A DNA stretch of 64,000 nt from Minisyncoccota bacterium (GCA_041659785.1 JBAZXO010000004.1:13270-77269); one strand, 5' to 3'. Numbered from the stretch's first letter, positions 45,781 through 56,168 are shown. Translations and numbers: made by a program. Notes: generated from the sequence alone by a model not told the origin.

Positions 45781-47136
45781 ATGCCAAATAAAAATCTTGA
45801 TGAACTCAAGCATTATGAAACTCAAATACAGGGTGGCGGTATTGTTATTGTTCTTGATACAGGCTCAGTCATAGGGCCAGAGTCTTCTGCTATGCTACAA
45901 GCTCTTCACTCTAGGTCTACTGGAGGACTCAAGAGTCATCTGAAAATGCTTTCAGAAAAAGGATCAGACAATTTTATGAAAAATTTTTATGTTGGCTACG
46001 GACATAAATCCATCGGTGATTGTGGCAGTACTTCTATTTTTATAGAAGGTATCTCGATGTTGGCCGCAAAAGCAATTCAAGATTGGCCTCTTTATTCTGG
46101 ACAAGAATCTTCTACTCGCTACGTCGACTTCAAAACTCAACCATTTAAAAACCCATTTCAAACAAAAGAAGGAGAAGAAATATTAGAATCCTGGAGAAGC
46201 TTTTATATCGAAATGTTAGAAATAATGAAAGTAGATCTTAAGAAACAATTTCCAATTAATGAAGGTGAACCTGTAAATATCTATGACAAAGCAATCAATG
46301 CGCGAGCATTCGATATATTAAGAGGATTTCTCCCCGCTGGATCTACGACAAACATAGCTTGGCATACAAATTTAAGACAAGCAGCTGATAAATTAATGCT
46401 TCTTCGTCATCATCCCCTTCTCGAGGTACGAAATGTTGCAGAAGCAATACACCAGACATTGGTTGCATCTTTCCCAAATTCTTTTGGACATAAATTTTAT
46501 GATGAAACAGAAAACTACAACGACTTCTGGATGAAAAATGATTATTATTATCATGACAAAAATTGCCCAGACTTTAAAGTCGTAAATAATTCTATAAATA
46601 CAAAACTTTTATCAAAAGAAGTTTTAGAAAAAAGACCACCAAAAACAGAAGTACCTAAACATGTAGCCGAAGCTGGAACTTTGCAATTAGAATTCATTCT
46701 TGATTTTGGTTCTTTCCGTGATTTACAGAGACATCGAGCAGTTACTCAAAGAATGCCACTAATTACAACTGAGATAGGATTCGAAAAATGGTATATAAAT
46801 GAACTTCCCAAGGAACACAGAGCAAAAGCAGAATCTTTTATTAAAGAACAAGAAGAAAAAATAAGTAAATTAAATATTTCCAAGGAAGAGAAACAGTACT
46901 ATTTAGCAATGGGATACAATACCTCAAATAGACTAACGGGAAACATTCCGGCCTTAGTTTACTTGGCAGAATTAAGAGCTACACGTTTTGTACATCCAAC
47001 ACTCCGAAGAAAGGCGAAAATGCTGGCTGAAACACTCTCAGAACTTTTTGGTAAATTTGGCTTAGTAATGCACCTAGACAGTGAGATAGATAGGTTTGAT
47101 ATCAAGCGCGGAGAGCATGATATTGTGATGAAATAA
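45781..47136 (+). CDS. ThyX-family (flavin-dependent thymidylate synthase-like) protein, long form
   Basis: RHR motif (LQRHRAVTQR) and the LP.GSTTNIAWHTNLR..ADKLMLLR pattern parallel ThyX. 451 aa. The canonical Ser after RHR is not evident. Confidence 0.45.
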   Translation: MPNKNLDELKHYETQIQGGGIVIVLDTGSVIGPESSAMLQALHSRSTGGLKSHLKMLSEKGSDNFMKNFYVGYGHKSIGDCGSTSIFIEGISMLAAKAIQDWPLYSGQESSTRYVDFKTQPFKNPFQTKEGEEILESWRSFYIEMLEIMKVDLKKQFPINEGEPVNIYDKAINARAFDILRGFLPAGSTTNIAWHTNLRQAADKLMLLRHHPLLEVRNVAEAIHQTLVASFPNSFGHKFYDETENYNDFWMKNDYYYHDKNCPDFKVVNNSINTKLLSKEVLEKRPPKTEVPKHVAEAGTLQLEFILDFGSFRDLQRHRAVTQRMPLITTEIGFEKWYINELPKEHRAKAESFIKEQEEKISKLNISKEEKQYYLAMGYNTSNRLTGNIPALVYLAELRATRFVHPTLRRKAKMLAETLSELFGKFGLVMHLDSEIDRFDIKRGEHDIVMK

Positions 47137-47153
47137 AACACAACTAAATTTCT

Positions 47154-47948
47154 ATGGCAGGAATTGAAGAATTTATCAAAGGAAAAAAAGAATTCAAGGA
47201 ATCTTATGAAGGATTAAAAAATGAGCCCAATCTCATAACTGTTGATGGTCCTGATGGAGTTGGAAAAACAACTATTTCAAGAAAGGTAGTTGAAAAATTA
47301 AAAGAAAAGCTTAAAAACGAAGGTAAAGACCCTAATAATGTAGTTTACTTTAAATATATTAATTTAATTGATACAAAAAGTCAGGAAACCATTGATAGAG
47401 AAATAAGAAGTTGTAAAGATAAAACAACTGGTCTATGGGATAAAAGCAAAATTGAACATCTAATAAAACTCTTCTCTGCAAAGCTAAATAGGTCTTACCA
47501 TGACCACGTTGTCCCCTTAATAAAAGCCAATAAGATTGTTGTCGTTGATCGATCAGAAGTAGATATGTTTCGTGCTTGCCTAGAATGGGGTAATGAGGAA
47601 TTATTAAACACAGTTATCCAATATATGAAATCTGGAACACTAACTAATGGAATTTCTGCGGGAAACAGAATATTTGTATATTCAAACGCAACTGATATAC
47701 ATAAAAATCTAAGCAAAAGAAAAGAAAATCTAAGCCCTAATGATCCAAGGTCCCTAGCAGATGTGGATGCCAGAATAAAAAAAGAAGCAGAGGCAGAAAA
47801 TTTAATTGCAAAAATAAATGAAGCTGAAGAAACTAATATTATAAAGATAGAACATAAGCGGATTGAAAATGAGGAAGGGTTAGATATAAAATTTGAAAAA
47901 ATTGCAGAAGAAATTATAAATAAACTAAAATTAAAAGAACATGAATGA
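47154..47948 (+). CDS. Thymidylate-kinase-like P-loop kinase
   Basis: ITVDGPDGVGKTT P-loop and DRSEVDMF (DRY-like); 264 aa. Confidence 0.5.
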   Translation: MAGIEEFIKGKKEFKESYEGLKNEPNLITVDGPDGVGKTTISRKVVEKLKEKLKNEGKDPNNVVYFKYINLIDTKSQETIDREIRSCKDKTTGLWDKSKIEHLIKLFSAKLNRSYHDHVVPLIKANKIVVVDRSEVDMFRACLEWGNEELLNTVIQYMKSGTLTNGISAGNRIFVYSNATDIHKNLSKRKENLSPNDPRSLADVDARIKKEAEAENLIAKINEAEETNIIKIEHKRIENEEGLDIKFEKIAEEIINKLKLKEHE

Positions 47949-48498
47949 AATTGAAGTAAAAGCAAAATTAAAAAATAAAGAAAAAGTTATCGAATCCTTG
48001 AAAAATATGGGGGCGGAATTTTTGAATACAAAATATCAAAAAGATGTAGCTTTTTGGCCAAATGAATTAAAGGCTAACGAAAAGCATCATCCCCTAGGTA
48101 CAAATTTTATGAGAATTCGAGAGCAGGAATCAAATGGAGCAAAGAAAGTCCTCTTCACATTGAAGCAACCACAGACTAATCAAACAGACTGCAAAGAATA
48201 TGAATTAGAAATAAATGAAAAGGGTATTCCTGAATTAAAATCCTTAATCTTAGCACTTGGATATTATGAATATGTAACTATTGAAAAGAATCGCACAATA
48301 GCAAAGATCAAAGACATCGAAGTGTGCATTGATGATGTAACAGACCTGGGCTCATATATAGAATTGGAGAAATTTGGACCAGCAGATCAAGCTAAAAAGA
48401 TACAAAATGAACTTTATTCTATTCTAGAATCATTAGGAGTTACGAAAGAAGACTTCGTTTACGATGGATATGATATTCTTGTTCACAATGTAAAATAA
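47941..48498 (+). CDS. CYTH-domain protein (CyaB/thiamine-triphosphatase-like triphosphate tunnel metalloenzyme)
   Basis: N-terminal EIEVKAKL, typical of the CYTH E.E.K start; 185 aa. Confidence 0.5.
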   Translation: MNEIEVKAKLKNKEKVIESLKNMGAEFLNTKYQKDVAFWPNELKANEKHHPLGTNFMRIREQESNGAKKVLFTLKQPQTNQTDCKEYELEINEKGIPELKSLILALGYYEYVTIEKNRTIAKIKDIEVCIDDVTDLGSYIELEKFGPADQAKKIQNELYSILESLGVTKEDFVYDGYDILVHNVK

Positions 48499-48499
48499 T

Positions 48500-48829
48500 T
48501 TAAGGGTCCTCGTCTGTTTTTATCCTTATAAAAACATCGTTTCCTTCTGGGGATTTTTCTTTTTTGTATTTTCTATTTTTATTTATTTCAATTTTTCGAA
48601 TTAATTCTTTTTCCAAATCAAAACCTAATTTTTCACACATACCAAGAACAAAAATCATAACATCAGCAAACTCTTCAGCCACACCCGATTGTCCTTTATT
48701 GTATTTTGAGAATGCCTCAGAAAGCTCTTCGTGTGCACGACAAAAATCTTCCGCAGTATTAATAACGTTAAATCCCTTCTCTAACTTATTCCTCATCACC
48801 TCTTTTTGTAATTCTTTTAGATCAACCAT
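48500..48829 (-). CDS. MazG-like nucleotide pyrophosphohydrolase
   Basis: EEFADVMIFVLGMCEKLGFDLE matches the MazG EE..D core; 109 aa. Confidence 0.55.
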   Translation of the reverse strand: MVDLKELQKEVMRNKLEKGFNVINTAEDFCRAHEELSEAFSKYNKGQSGVAEEFADVMIFVLGMCEKLGFDLEKELIRKIEINKNRKYKKEKSPEGNDVFIRIKTDEDP

Positions 48830-48837
48830 AAAAATAT

Positions 48838-49317
48838 TTAATTTATAATTTCTAGCTTAATTCCTGCTTTTTTAAAAATTTCTTTACTTCTTTTTGAAGC
48901 GTGATAATCATTTTTAGCTACAAATCTTTTTATACCTGCGTTGATTAAAATCTTGGCGCAAGCATAACAAGGCATATGGGTACAATACATAGTGGCTTCA
49001 GCAATAGGCACACCGAAACGTGCCGCATTTGCAATAGCATTTGTCTCTGCATGTGTAGTGCGAATACAGTGTTCAGAAGTTGTGCCATCTTCATTTACGA
49101 TTGTATGTATCTCATGACCAACTTCACTACAGTGCGGAAGTCCAACAGGCGCACCGTTATAACCAGTCGCAAGCAAGCGCTTATCTTTTACGATAACTGC
49201 GCCCACATAGGCTCTGTCGCATGTACCCCTCGAACTAACAAGTGTTGCCATTTCAATAAAATACTCGTCCCAGGATGGTCTTTTGTGTTTAACAACTTTT
49301 TTTTCAGCTTTTTTCAC
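48838..49317 (-). CDS. dCMP deaminase (CDA-fold, zinc-binding)
   Basis: HAE...PC..C zinc motif (HAETNAI...HMPCYACA). Confidence 0.75.
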   Translation of the reverse strand: MKKAEKKVVKHKRPSWDEYFIEMATLVSSRGTCDRAYVGAVIVKDKRLLATGYNGAPVGLPHCSEVGHEIHTIVNEDGTTSEHCIRTTHAETNAIANAARFGVPIAEATMYCTHMPCYACAKILINAGIKRFVAKNDYHASKRSKEIFKKAGIKLEIIN

Positions 49318-49409
49318 CTCTTAAATATACTCCTTAAAGGTAAAAAAGTAAAAAACCGACATCGCGCAAGGCAACATCGGTTTTCTGATCGTTTTCTTCT
49401 TCCTCTATG

Positions 49410-50420
49410 TTAATGTTCCATATGTTTGAGAACTTGAAGATACAAATCCTCGACAACCTTCTCCTGTGCCTTGCCCATTTTTGCGTAGTGGTCTAGGCCT
49501 GGTGCAGAATTGATTTCAAGAACCCAGTATACCTTAGGTTTCTGACTGATATCACCATCAATCATGAAATCCACACCGCAAAGACGTAACCCCATGTCTC
49601 GAGTCAATTTAACTGCGAGTTTTTTAAACAAAGGATGCACCTTAGCGGTCACATCAACAGAATCACCCCCCGTAGATAAATTGGCATTATCTAAAAGGTA
49701 AACTTTTTGTCCTTTCGCTGGGATAGACTTGAAGCTCAGCCCCTGATGCTTCAACTTTACTGAGATTCGTGGATCATCTGTCTTAATCTGAGTATCGCGA
49801 CTTGATGCGACAAATTGTTTTTGTTTAACTTTCAAGAGCTGCGTGATTGTGGACTTTCCGTTACCCACGACATTGAGTGGGATCCGCTCGTAAGTTGAGA
49901 TTACTTTTTTGTCGAGAACGACAATACGATAATCCTTACCATGGACGGGTTGTTGAACGAGAACGACACGATCATTTTTTAATATAGCCCGCACGGCCCT
50001 ATAAAATTCATGTTTATTGTAAACAAGAGATACGCCTGTTCCCTGGCTACCACTATTTGGTTTAACGATAACTGGAAATCCAATCTTTCTAGCATGCCGA
50101 TATGAGGCATCTATGTTTCTATCAGGCAAGCCAATTGCTCGAGCCCACTGATTCGAAAAAAATACTTTACTCTCCGGTATGATTGGATAGCCCATTTCCC
50201 TCATAAAGAAATTGGCATAATCCTTATCTTTAGCAACCTCTGAACTACCCATAGGGTTGAGATCAAGTGTGTTGTACCTGAAATAGGACTTAGCTCCACT
50301 CTTGAAGGTTATCTGCCCAACGATACCCCACTTAGGCTCTACAAGGACAGAGGCTCCAATAGTAGGAGCAATCTTCTGTAAAATATTTCCAAGGATTAAT
50401 GATTCTTTTTTGTTTTTCAT
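49410..50420 (-). CDS. ATP-grasp family ligase (RimK/CofF-like)
   Basis: VIVKPNSGSQGTGV and LEINSAPG ATP-grasp motifs; 336 aa. Confidence 0.5.
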   Translation of the reverse strand: MKNKKESLILGNILQKIAPTIGASVLVEPKWGIVGQITFKSGAKSYFRYNTLDLNPMGSSEVAKDKDYANFFMREMGYPIIPESKVFFSNQWARAIGLPDRNIDASYRHARKIGFPVIVKPNSGSQGTGVSLVYNKHEFYRAVRAILKNDRVVLVQQPVHGKDYRIVVLDKKVISTYERIPLNVVGNGKSTITQLLKVKQKQFVASSRDTQIKTDDPRISVKLKHQGLSFKSIPAKGQKVYLLDNANLSTGGDSVDVTAKVHPLFKKLAVKLTRDMGLRLCGVDFMIDGDISQKPKVYWVLEINSAPGLDHYAKMGKAQEKVVEDLYLQVLKHMEH

Positions 50421-50558
50421 GAGATTCTCCTGTGGTTGTTGTCAAGGAAGGATAAAGCCAAATCCTAGACTTTTCTAATTTCTACCATACGATGTCTAAA
50501 GAACTTTGTCAATTTTTAAAAACTCTATTATAAAACAAAATATTATATTGTAATAATT

Positions 50559-51287
50559 TTATTTTTTAAATTTTATTTTTTTTATTTTTTCAAAAAGAGG
50601 TTGATATAAGTCTTCTCGTGGATCAATGTAAAGCTCATTTTTATTTATTTTTTCTGTAAACACAACTGGTGCATCAGTGATTAATGCTAGGGGTTGTTGT
50701 TCTCTCCCTTCTCCCATACACAATACCGCAGAAGTTGCCAAACTGTCTGCCACGTCCGTACGAGATAATTTTAAAATCCTTCCAAAAATATCTGGTGTTC
50801 CACGATAGTCTCGAACACCCTTGAGGCCTGCATAACCTATGGCCGCCCCAACAACCCCTGCCCGCAAAGGAAACAACCTACTATCCGTAATTAAAATACC
50901 TAAATTTTTTATTTTATATTTTTTACATAACCCCTTACGAATTAAATTGGCAGTTTTAAAAGAATTTTTTGGTAACAGAACTATTTTCCCATCTGCATTT
51001 GATTCATCAATACCAGCAGAAGACATAACCATGCCGTCCTTGATGGTAAGCCATGTGTATTTTGTACGAAGCATGTATTCACTTTCAGATTTAATAATTT
51101 TTTCACGCATTTTTTCATGAGAAATAGATAAATCGATCTTTGTAGTGCGTCCTTCAGACAAAGCAACTATCTTTGAAGTAATAACTAAAATAGATTTCTC
51201 GGGAATTTTTTTTACATATTTAAAAATAAATGAAAATAAATCTTCATTTTCCTTGAAAATACGAGTTTTGATAGCCTTAATTTGCAT
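50559..51287 (-). CDS. CofE-like gamma-glutamyl ligase family protein
   Basis: ILVITSKIVALSEGR..., ITDS..FPLR.G..G.AIG and MGEG patterns resemble the F420-0:glutamate ligase family. Confidence 0.45.
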   Translation of the reverse strand: MQIKAIKTRIFKENEDLFSFIFKYVKKIPEKSILVITSKIVALSEGRTTKIDLSISHEKMREKIIKSESEYMLRTKYTWLTIKDGMVMSSAGIDESNADGKIVLLPKNSFKTANLIRKGLCKKYKIKNLGILITDSRLFPLRAGVVGAAIGYAGLKGVRDYRGTPDIFGRILKLSRTDVADSLATSAVLCMGEGREQQPLALITDAPVVFTEKINKNELYIDPREDLYQPLFEKIKKIKFKK

Positions 51288-51801
51288 ATCTGTATTTTAA
51301 CAGAATTGTCCCTTTTTTGTTTAGTTTTTTTACTGATTCTAAGATAAAATTATGTTTCTTAAATTTATCCCCATTAAACATAGATATTCCGTTTGTGAAA
51401 ACATAGGGTTCAATTGTCACAAAAAGCTCATCAAGCATTCTATTTTGTAAACAAAAATTATAAACTTTTGGTCCGCCAAGTATAGCAATTTTTTTATATT
51501 TCTTTTTATTCAAAAAATCTAAAATAGTTGAACGTTTTGGGTTCAAAAAATTCACTGAGCTGAATGATTTTAATTTATTTGCTTTTGATGTTAAAACAAT
51601 CGTATTTCTTTTGTCGAGACGCTTCTGTACAATTTTGTAGGTATTGTGTCCCACAATAACAGCGTCCATTTTACTTAAAGATTTTTGAAAAAAATTCCAA
51701 TCTTCTTTACTTGTCCAATCTGTGCCAGAATTATTACTTTTGGCTATTATTCCATCAATACTCACAGCCACAAAAGCTACAAATTTAGTTCGTGTTTTCA
51801 T
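51277..51801 (-). CDS. Dihydrofolate-reductase-like (RibD C-terminal/DHFR family) protein
   Basis: FVAVSIDGIIA...DAVIVGHNTY and ILGG..VY patterns; 174 aa. Confidence 0.5.
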   Translation of the reverse strand: MKTRTKFVAFVAVSIDGIIAKSNNSGTDWTSKEDWNFFQKSLSKMDAVIVGHNTYKIVQKRLDKRNTIVLTSKANKLKSFSSVNFLNPKRSTILDFLNKKKYKKIAILGGPKVYNFCLQNRMLDELFVTIEPYVFTNGISMFNGDKFKKHNFILESVKKLNKKGTILLKYRYAN

Positions 51802-52435
51802 TTTTACCTTTTAAAAGATAAATACCAAAATAAGAAAGTGGAGTATAAACAAAACCCATTACAATCTTAAAGAGCCACCAAGGAATGATAATAAGTATTA
51901 TGGTTTTTATTGGATAAACGCCAATGAATGCAATAGACATGAAAATAACAGTATCTAAAAATTGTGACCAGACATTTGAAAGATTAGATCGTAGCCAAAA
52001 ATTCTTTTCTCCAGTATATTTTTTTAAAAAAAAGAAAGAAATAACATCTTGATATTCTGCAATCACAAAAGCTAAAAGCGAAGCAATAGAAAAACGTGCT
52101 GAAAGCCCGAAAATTTCATTATACCCACCCTTAACCCAAAGACTAGATTGTGCCCAAGGGGTTATTGTTGAAAGGAAAGAATAAAGTAAAAAAAGTAATA
52201 TAGATATAACCCCCGCCAAGACAAAATTCTTTGCCATTTTCTTTCCATAAACTTCCCCAATTACATCAGTCATAATAAAAACAATTGGAAAAGAAAAAAC
52301 AGCCACAGAAAGATGCGTCCCAAAAATAAAAGGCATTAATTTTATTCCTAATGTATTCGCAGCAAAAAGAGAGGTAATATAAAGAGTTAAACAAATAAGA
52401 ATTTTCTTATAATCCTTTTCTGTGAGTGTTTGCAT
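51785..52435 (-). CDS. YhhQ/VUT-family (queuosine-precursor-type) transporter
   Basis: MTDVIGEVYG signature plus 6 TM helices. Confidence 0.55.
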   Translation of the reverse strand: MQTLTEKDYKKILICLTLYITSLFAANTLGIKLMPFIFGTHLSVAVFSFPIVFIMTDVIGEVYGKKMAKNFVLAGVISILLFLLYSFLSTITPWAQSSLWVKGGYNEIFGLSARFSIASLLAFVIAEYQDVISFFFLKKYTGEKNFWLRSNLSNVWSQFLDTVIFMSIAFIGVYPIKTIILIIIPWWLFKIVMGFVYTPLSYFGIYLLKGKNENTN

Positions 52436-52447
52436 GATTTATTTTAT

Positions 52448-52870
52448 TTATATTACTTCTACCCCCATGCTTCGAGCGGAGCCGGCGACGATGTTGATAG
52501 CGCCTTGGTCATCCTTGGCATTCAAGTCTGCACGTTTCTTGTTAGCAATTTCTAAAGCCTGAGCTTTAGTTATTTTACCAACTTTTGTAGAAACGTTTTT
52601 ACCTGAACCTTTCTCTATGCCAGCTGCTTTAAGGATAAGTCCTGTGACAGGAGGGGTCTTGATAACGAAATCATAACTTCGGTCTTCATAAACAGTGATA
52701 GAAACTCCAACTTTGTCTCCAGCCATTTTAGCTGTTGCGGCATTGAACTTGGTTACGAAGTCTCCAATGTTAATACCAGCCTGACCGAGTGCGGGTCCTA
52801 AAGGAGGCGCAGGGGTTGCCTTTGCGGCCTGGATTTGTAATTTAATTTTTTTGGTTATTTTTTTTGCCAT
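52448..52870 (-). CDS. rplK: 50S ribosomal protein L11
   Basis: [12 protein letters not shown]. Confidence 0.9.
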   Translation of the reverse strand: MAKKITKKIKLQIQAAKATPAPPLGPALGQAGINIGDFVTKFNAATAKMAGDKVGVSITVYEDRSYDFVIKTPPVTGLILKAAGIEKGSGKNVSTKVGKITKAQALEIANKKRADLNAKDDQGAINIVAGSARSMGVEVI

Positions 52871-52888
52871 AACAATCTATACATTAAC

Positions 52889-53434
52889 TTATATTTTCTT
52901 TACTTGCAAGAAATCGAGTTCGACTGGAGTTTCACGACCGAACATTGAAACCAGAACTTTAACCTTGCCACGATCTTGATCCACAGAATTTACCTTACCC
53001 TCAAGGTCCTTAAATGGACCGTCATTGATACGAACGGTCTCACCCACGGTCATATCGATATTGTGTTTGAGTGTACCAGAATCCATTTTCTTGAAGAGGA
53101 AGTCTACTTCTTCTTTTTTAAGTGGAACAGGATTTACTCCAGCACCGACGAATCCAGTAACACGTGGAGTATTGCGAACAACATACCAAGAATCATCCGT
53201 CACAATCATATCTACTAATACATAACCTGGATAAATCTTTTCTTCTACTTCTGCGCGTTTACCACCTTTGATTTTTATCTTTTTCTCAACAGGAACAATA
53301 ACATTAAAAATTTTATCATTCATTCCAAGAGAGTCTATACGCTGCTTCAAATTACGAAGAACAACGTTCTCGTATCCAGCATAAGTGTGTATCGCATACC
53401 AATTTCTAACTCCTTGTGTTTCTTGTTTTGACAT
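52889..53434 (-). CDS. nusG: Transcription antitermination factor NusG
   Basis: WY.IHT..G.E NGN domain and C-terminal KOW (GETVRINDGPFKDLEGKV). Confidence 0.85.
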   Translation of the reverse strand: MSKQETQGVRNWYAIHTYAGYENVVLRNLKQRIDSLGMNDKIFNVIVPVEKKIKIKGGKRAEVEEKIYPGYVLVDMIVTDDSWYVVRNTPRVTGFVGAGVNPVPLKKEEVDFLFKKMDSGTLKHNIDMTVGETVRINDGPFKDLEGKVNSVDQDRGKVKVLVSMFGRETPVELDFLQVKKI

Positions 53435-53449
53435 AAATTTTAAAAAACT

Positions 53450-53635
53450 TTAGATATGAATTATTTTCTGCAAGATTTGTGAAAAAATAAAATCAAAAAC
53501 ACCTAAATAATATGAAATTATAACAGACAAAAGTATGACTATGACAGTGTAATACAAAGTTTGATTTCTGGATGGCCAGATCACATGCTTCAATTCTGTC
53601 TTTGTTTCTTCAAAATACTGAGTAATTTTTGACAT
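53450..53635 (-). CDS. secE: Preprotein translocase subunit SecE
   Basis: 61 aa with a single TM, in the conserved position before nusG. Confidence 0.6.
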   Translation of the reverse strand: MSKITQYFEETKTELKHVIWPSRNQTLYYTVIVILLSVIISYYLGVFDFIFSQILQKIIHI

Positions 53636-53660
53636 AAATCTTAAAATTTATTAAACCTTT

Positions 53661-53688
53661 TAAAAAAGCCCCCTTTCAAGGGCTCTTT
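53661..53688. terminator. Intrinsic terminator
   Basis: AAAAAAGCCCC-ctttcaa-GGGCTCTTTT. Confidence 0.55.
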
Positions 53689-53738
53689 TAATAGTACTCT
53701 TTTTTTCTAAAAAGTCAATTCACCAAAGGCGAACAGGT

Positions 53739-54554
53739 TTACCTTATTTCGTAAGTAATTGTGACATCAGAAGTAATTGTATTTTGTCCTTTTGGAATAA
53801 CAGCTGGAGCTGGAGCAGAAGCACCTACAGAATCCATCATGGCAGTCTTAGCGTACATCATAGGATAATTACCAGACTCGTTAAAGCTTGTAATTTTACC
53901 AAGTCTTACTCCTAAGTCTTTCGCCAAAACTTCTGCTTTTTGTTTTGCTTCATCGATAGCCAATTTTCTTGCTTGGGCTTTTAATGCATCTTCTTTATCT
54001 ATAGCAAAGTTTGGACCATTTAAATCAGAAGCGCCAGTAGTGCCAAGACCTTGCATGATATCACCAACGTTGTCTGTGTTTCTAATTTTTACAGTGATAC
54101 TTTCGCTAGCTGTATAACCGAGGAGTACTTGTTTACCACCCGGACAATAATAAGAAGGAGCGCTGACTGAACCAGCACCCATAGGGATAGGAGGACAAAC
54201 AGATTGCCTGTATTCATACTTTGGGTTGAAGGACGCATTTTCAGTTTTAATATCTTTATCATCTACACCTTTAGCTTTCAAAACATCTAATGCTTTCTTC
54301 TCTATGACGGCCACAGCATCCTGTGCTTCTTTAACAGTTTTTCCGTCTTTACTAATAGTAAAATAAACATTCGCAATATCTGGGACAGCTTGAACTTCTC
54401 CATGTCCAGAGAAAGATATTGTATCCGGTGTTTTATTTTCGTCTCGATATCCCTTTTCGAATAAAGCATTGGCAGCTATAACAGCCAAGAAAACAATTAA
54501 CGCAATCCTCAACCCACGATATAATCTAACTTTTTGTTCTGGTAACATTTCCAT
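53739..54554 (-). CDS. SIMPL-domain (DUF541) periplasmic protein
   Basis: N-terminal TM then GHGEV..PD.A.V.F..S pattern; 271 aa. Confidence 0.45.
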   Translation of the reverse strand: MEMLPEQKVRLYRGLRIALIVFLAVIAANALFEKGYRDENKTPDTISFSGHGEVQAVPDIANVYFTISKDGKTVKEAQDAVAVIEKKALDVLKAKGVDDKDIKTENASFNPKYEYRQSVCPPIPMGAGSVSAPSYYCPGGKQVLLGYTASESITVKIRNTDNVGDIMQGLGTTGASDLNGPNFAIDKEDALKAQARKLAIDEAKQKAEVLAKDLGVRLGKITSFNESGNYPMMYAKTAMMDSVGASAPAPAVIPKGQNTITSDVTITYEIR

Positions 54555-54584
54555 ATATTTTATTCCACGCCTAAGCGGGACAAG

Positions 54585-55091
54585 TTATTTCTTAATTGCT
54601 AATAATTCGACGTCAAAGATTAATGTAGCATTAGGTGGTATTACTCCTCCTGCACCGGCAGTTCCATATCCATCAGCAGGTAATATGGTAAGAGTCTTTT
54701 TTTCTCCTACTTTCATTCCGACAATTCCTTTATCCCAACCAGCGATAACCTGGCCAGCACCTAGGGTAAAGATAAAAGGCTGCACGTGATTAAATTTTGG
54801 ATCTACGTTTGAATCAAAAACTGTTCCGTTTTCCAATCGGCCAGTATAATTCATCGCTACGGTGTCTCCCTTTTTTGCTACTTGTGCGGTAGGTGCAGGA
54901 GCTTTATCGTCTTTTCCTGTTGTATTCCCAGCGGGAACTGTATTATTCGGTACATTATTTGCTATGTTGTTTACATCATTATTTGAAGGCATATTTACTT
55001 TATTTTTTATACTGATAAAAACCAAAACCCCTATTAATGCTAAAACTATTACGACTGCTAGTACAATATTCATACTTTTTTTATTTTCCAT
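54585..55091 (-). CDS. FKBP-type peptidyl-prolyl cis-trans isomerase with an N-terminal TM/Asn-rich linker
   Basis: GDTVAMNYTGRLENGTVFDS...LGAGQVIAGWD...DVELL. Confidence 0.7.
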   Translation of the reverse strand: MENKKSMNIVLAVVIVLALIGVLVFISIKNKVNMPSNNDVNNIANNVPNNTVPAGNTTGKDDKAPAPTAQVAKKGDTVAMNYTGRLENGTVFDSNVDPKFNHVQPFIFTLGAGQVIAGWDKGIVGMKVGEKKTLTILPADGYGTAGAGGVIPPNATLIFDVELLAIKK

Positions 55092-55143
55092 AACTTAAAA
55101 ATTAAAATACTTCTAATAAATCTATTATAGACCTTATGATTTT

Positions 55144-56166
55144 TTACACAATATTGACTTCGGGCACCAAATCAAGGCCGAATTTTTCTTTTACGGATGC
55201 AATAATATTGTTTGCTAATTCGACAATCTCAGGACCAGTAGCCCCGCCATAATTTACTAAAACTAATGCTTGTTTATCATGAACTCCAACATTTCCTATT
55301 CTTTTTCCCTTCCAACCAGATTGCTCAATGAGCCATCCAGCTGGAACTTTAATTATCCCCTCTTCTTCAAAAGAAGGAATAATAGGGTAAGTAGAAAGTA
55401 GCCTAGTCAATTGTTCTTTTTTTACAAAAACATTTTTAAAAAAGCTACCGGCATTACCTAAAATCTTAGGATCTGGTAATTTACTATTTCTTATAGACAC
55501 CACAGCATCACTTATGTCTTTTGAGTTTTTAATTTCTCCGCCAGCTGGCGGATTATTTTCTAAAAAATCTTTCAAGATTCTGTAAGAAATGTTAGGGGCA
55601 GGTTTTTTACTTAATTTTAAAGTTAAAGCAGAAATAAAATATTTTCCTTTTAATTTATTTTTAAAAACACTATCTCGATAACCCAATTCACATTCTTCTT
55701 TACTAAAAATTCTTTTCATCCCTGTCTCAATTTCAAAAGCTTCGACATTTAAAAGTGTATCTTTAAGCTCTGCCCCATAAGCTCCAATGTTTTGCATAGG
55801 AGCTGCACCAACCGTTCCTGGAATAAGCGATAAATTCTCAATACCCCAATACCCCTTATTTACTGAAAAAAGTACGAGATCGTGCCACGATTCACCACCA
55901 AGAGAACGGACAAGCACATCTTCGGAATTTTCATTTATGGTTTCTATCCCTTTTAATTTATTTAATACGACAAAACCATCAAAATCTTTAACAAAAAGAA
56001 CATTGCTTCCTCCACCAAGAAATATTTTATTGTTCTCTTTAAATTCTGGAAGACTAAAAAGTTCTGATAAATCTGCTTCAGATTTTACTTCAACAAAAAA
56101 TTTAGCCTTAGCATTTATGCCAAAGGTATTCAGTTTAGATAAATTGTAATTTTTCTCTATCTGCAT
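55144..56166 (-). CDS. murB: UDP-N-acetylenolpyruvoylglucosamine reductase
   Basis: FLGGGSNVL FAD-binding and IPGTVGAAPMQNIGAYG motifs. Start taken at MQIEKNY. Confidence 0.75.
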   Translation of the reverse strand: MQIEKNYNLSKLNTFGINAKAKFFVEVKSEADLSELFSLPEFKENNKIFLGGGSNVLFVKDFDGFVVLNKLKGIETINENSEDVLVRSLGGESWHDLVLFSVNKGYWGIENLSLIPGTVGAAPMQNIGAYGAELKDTLLNVEAFEIETGMKRIFSKEECELGYRDSVFKNKLKGKYFISALTLKLSKKPAPNISYRILKDFLENNPPAGGEIKNSKDISDAVVSIRNSKLPDPKILGNAGSFFKNVFVKKEQLTRLLSTYPIIPSFEEEGIIKVPAGWLIEQSGWKGKRIGNVGVHDKQALVLVNYGGATGPEIVELANNIIASVKEKFGLDLVPEVNIV

Positions 56167-56168
56167 TT

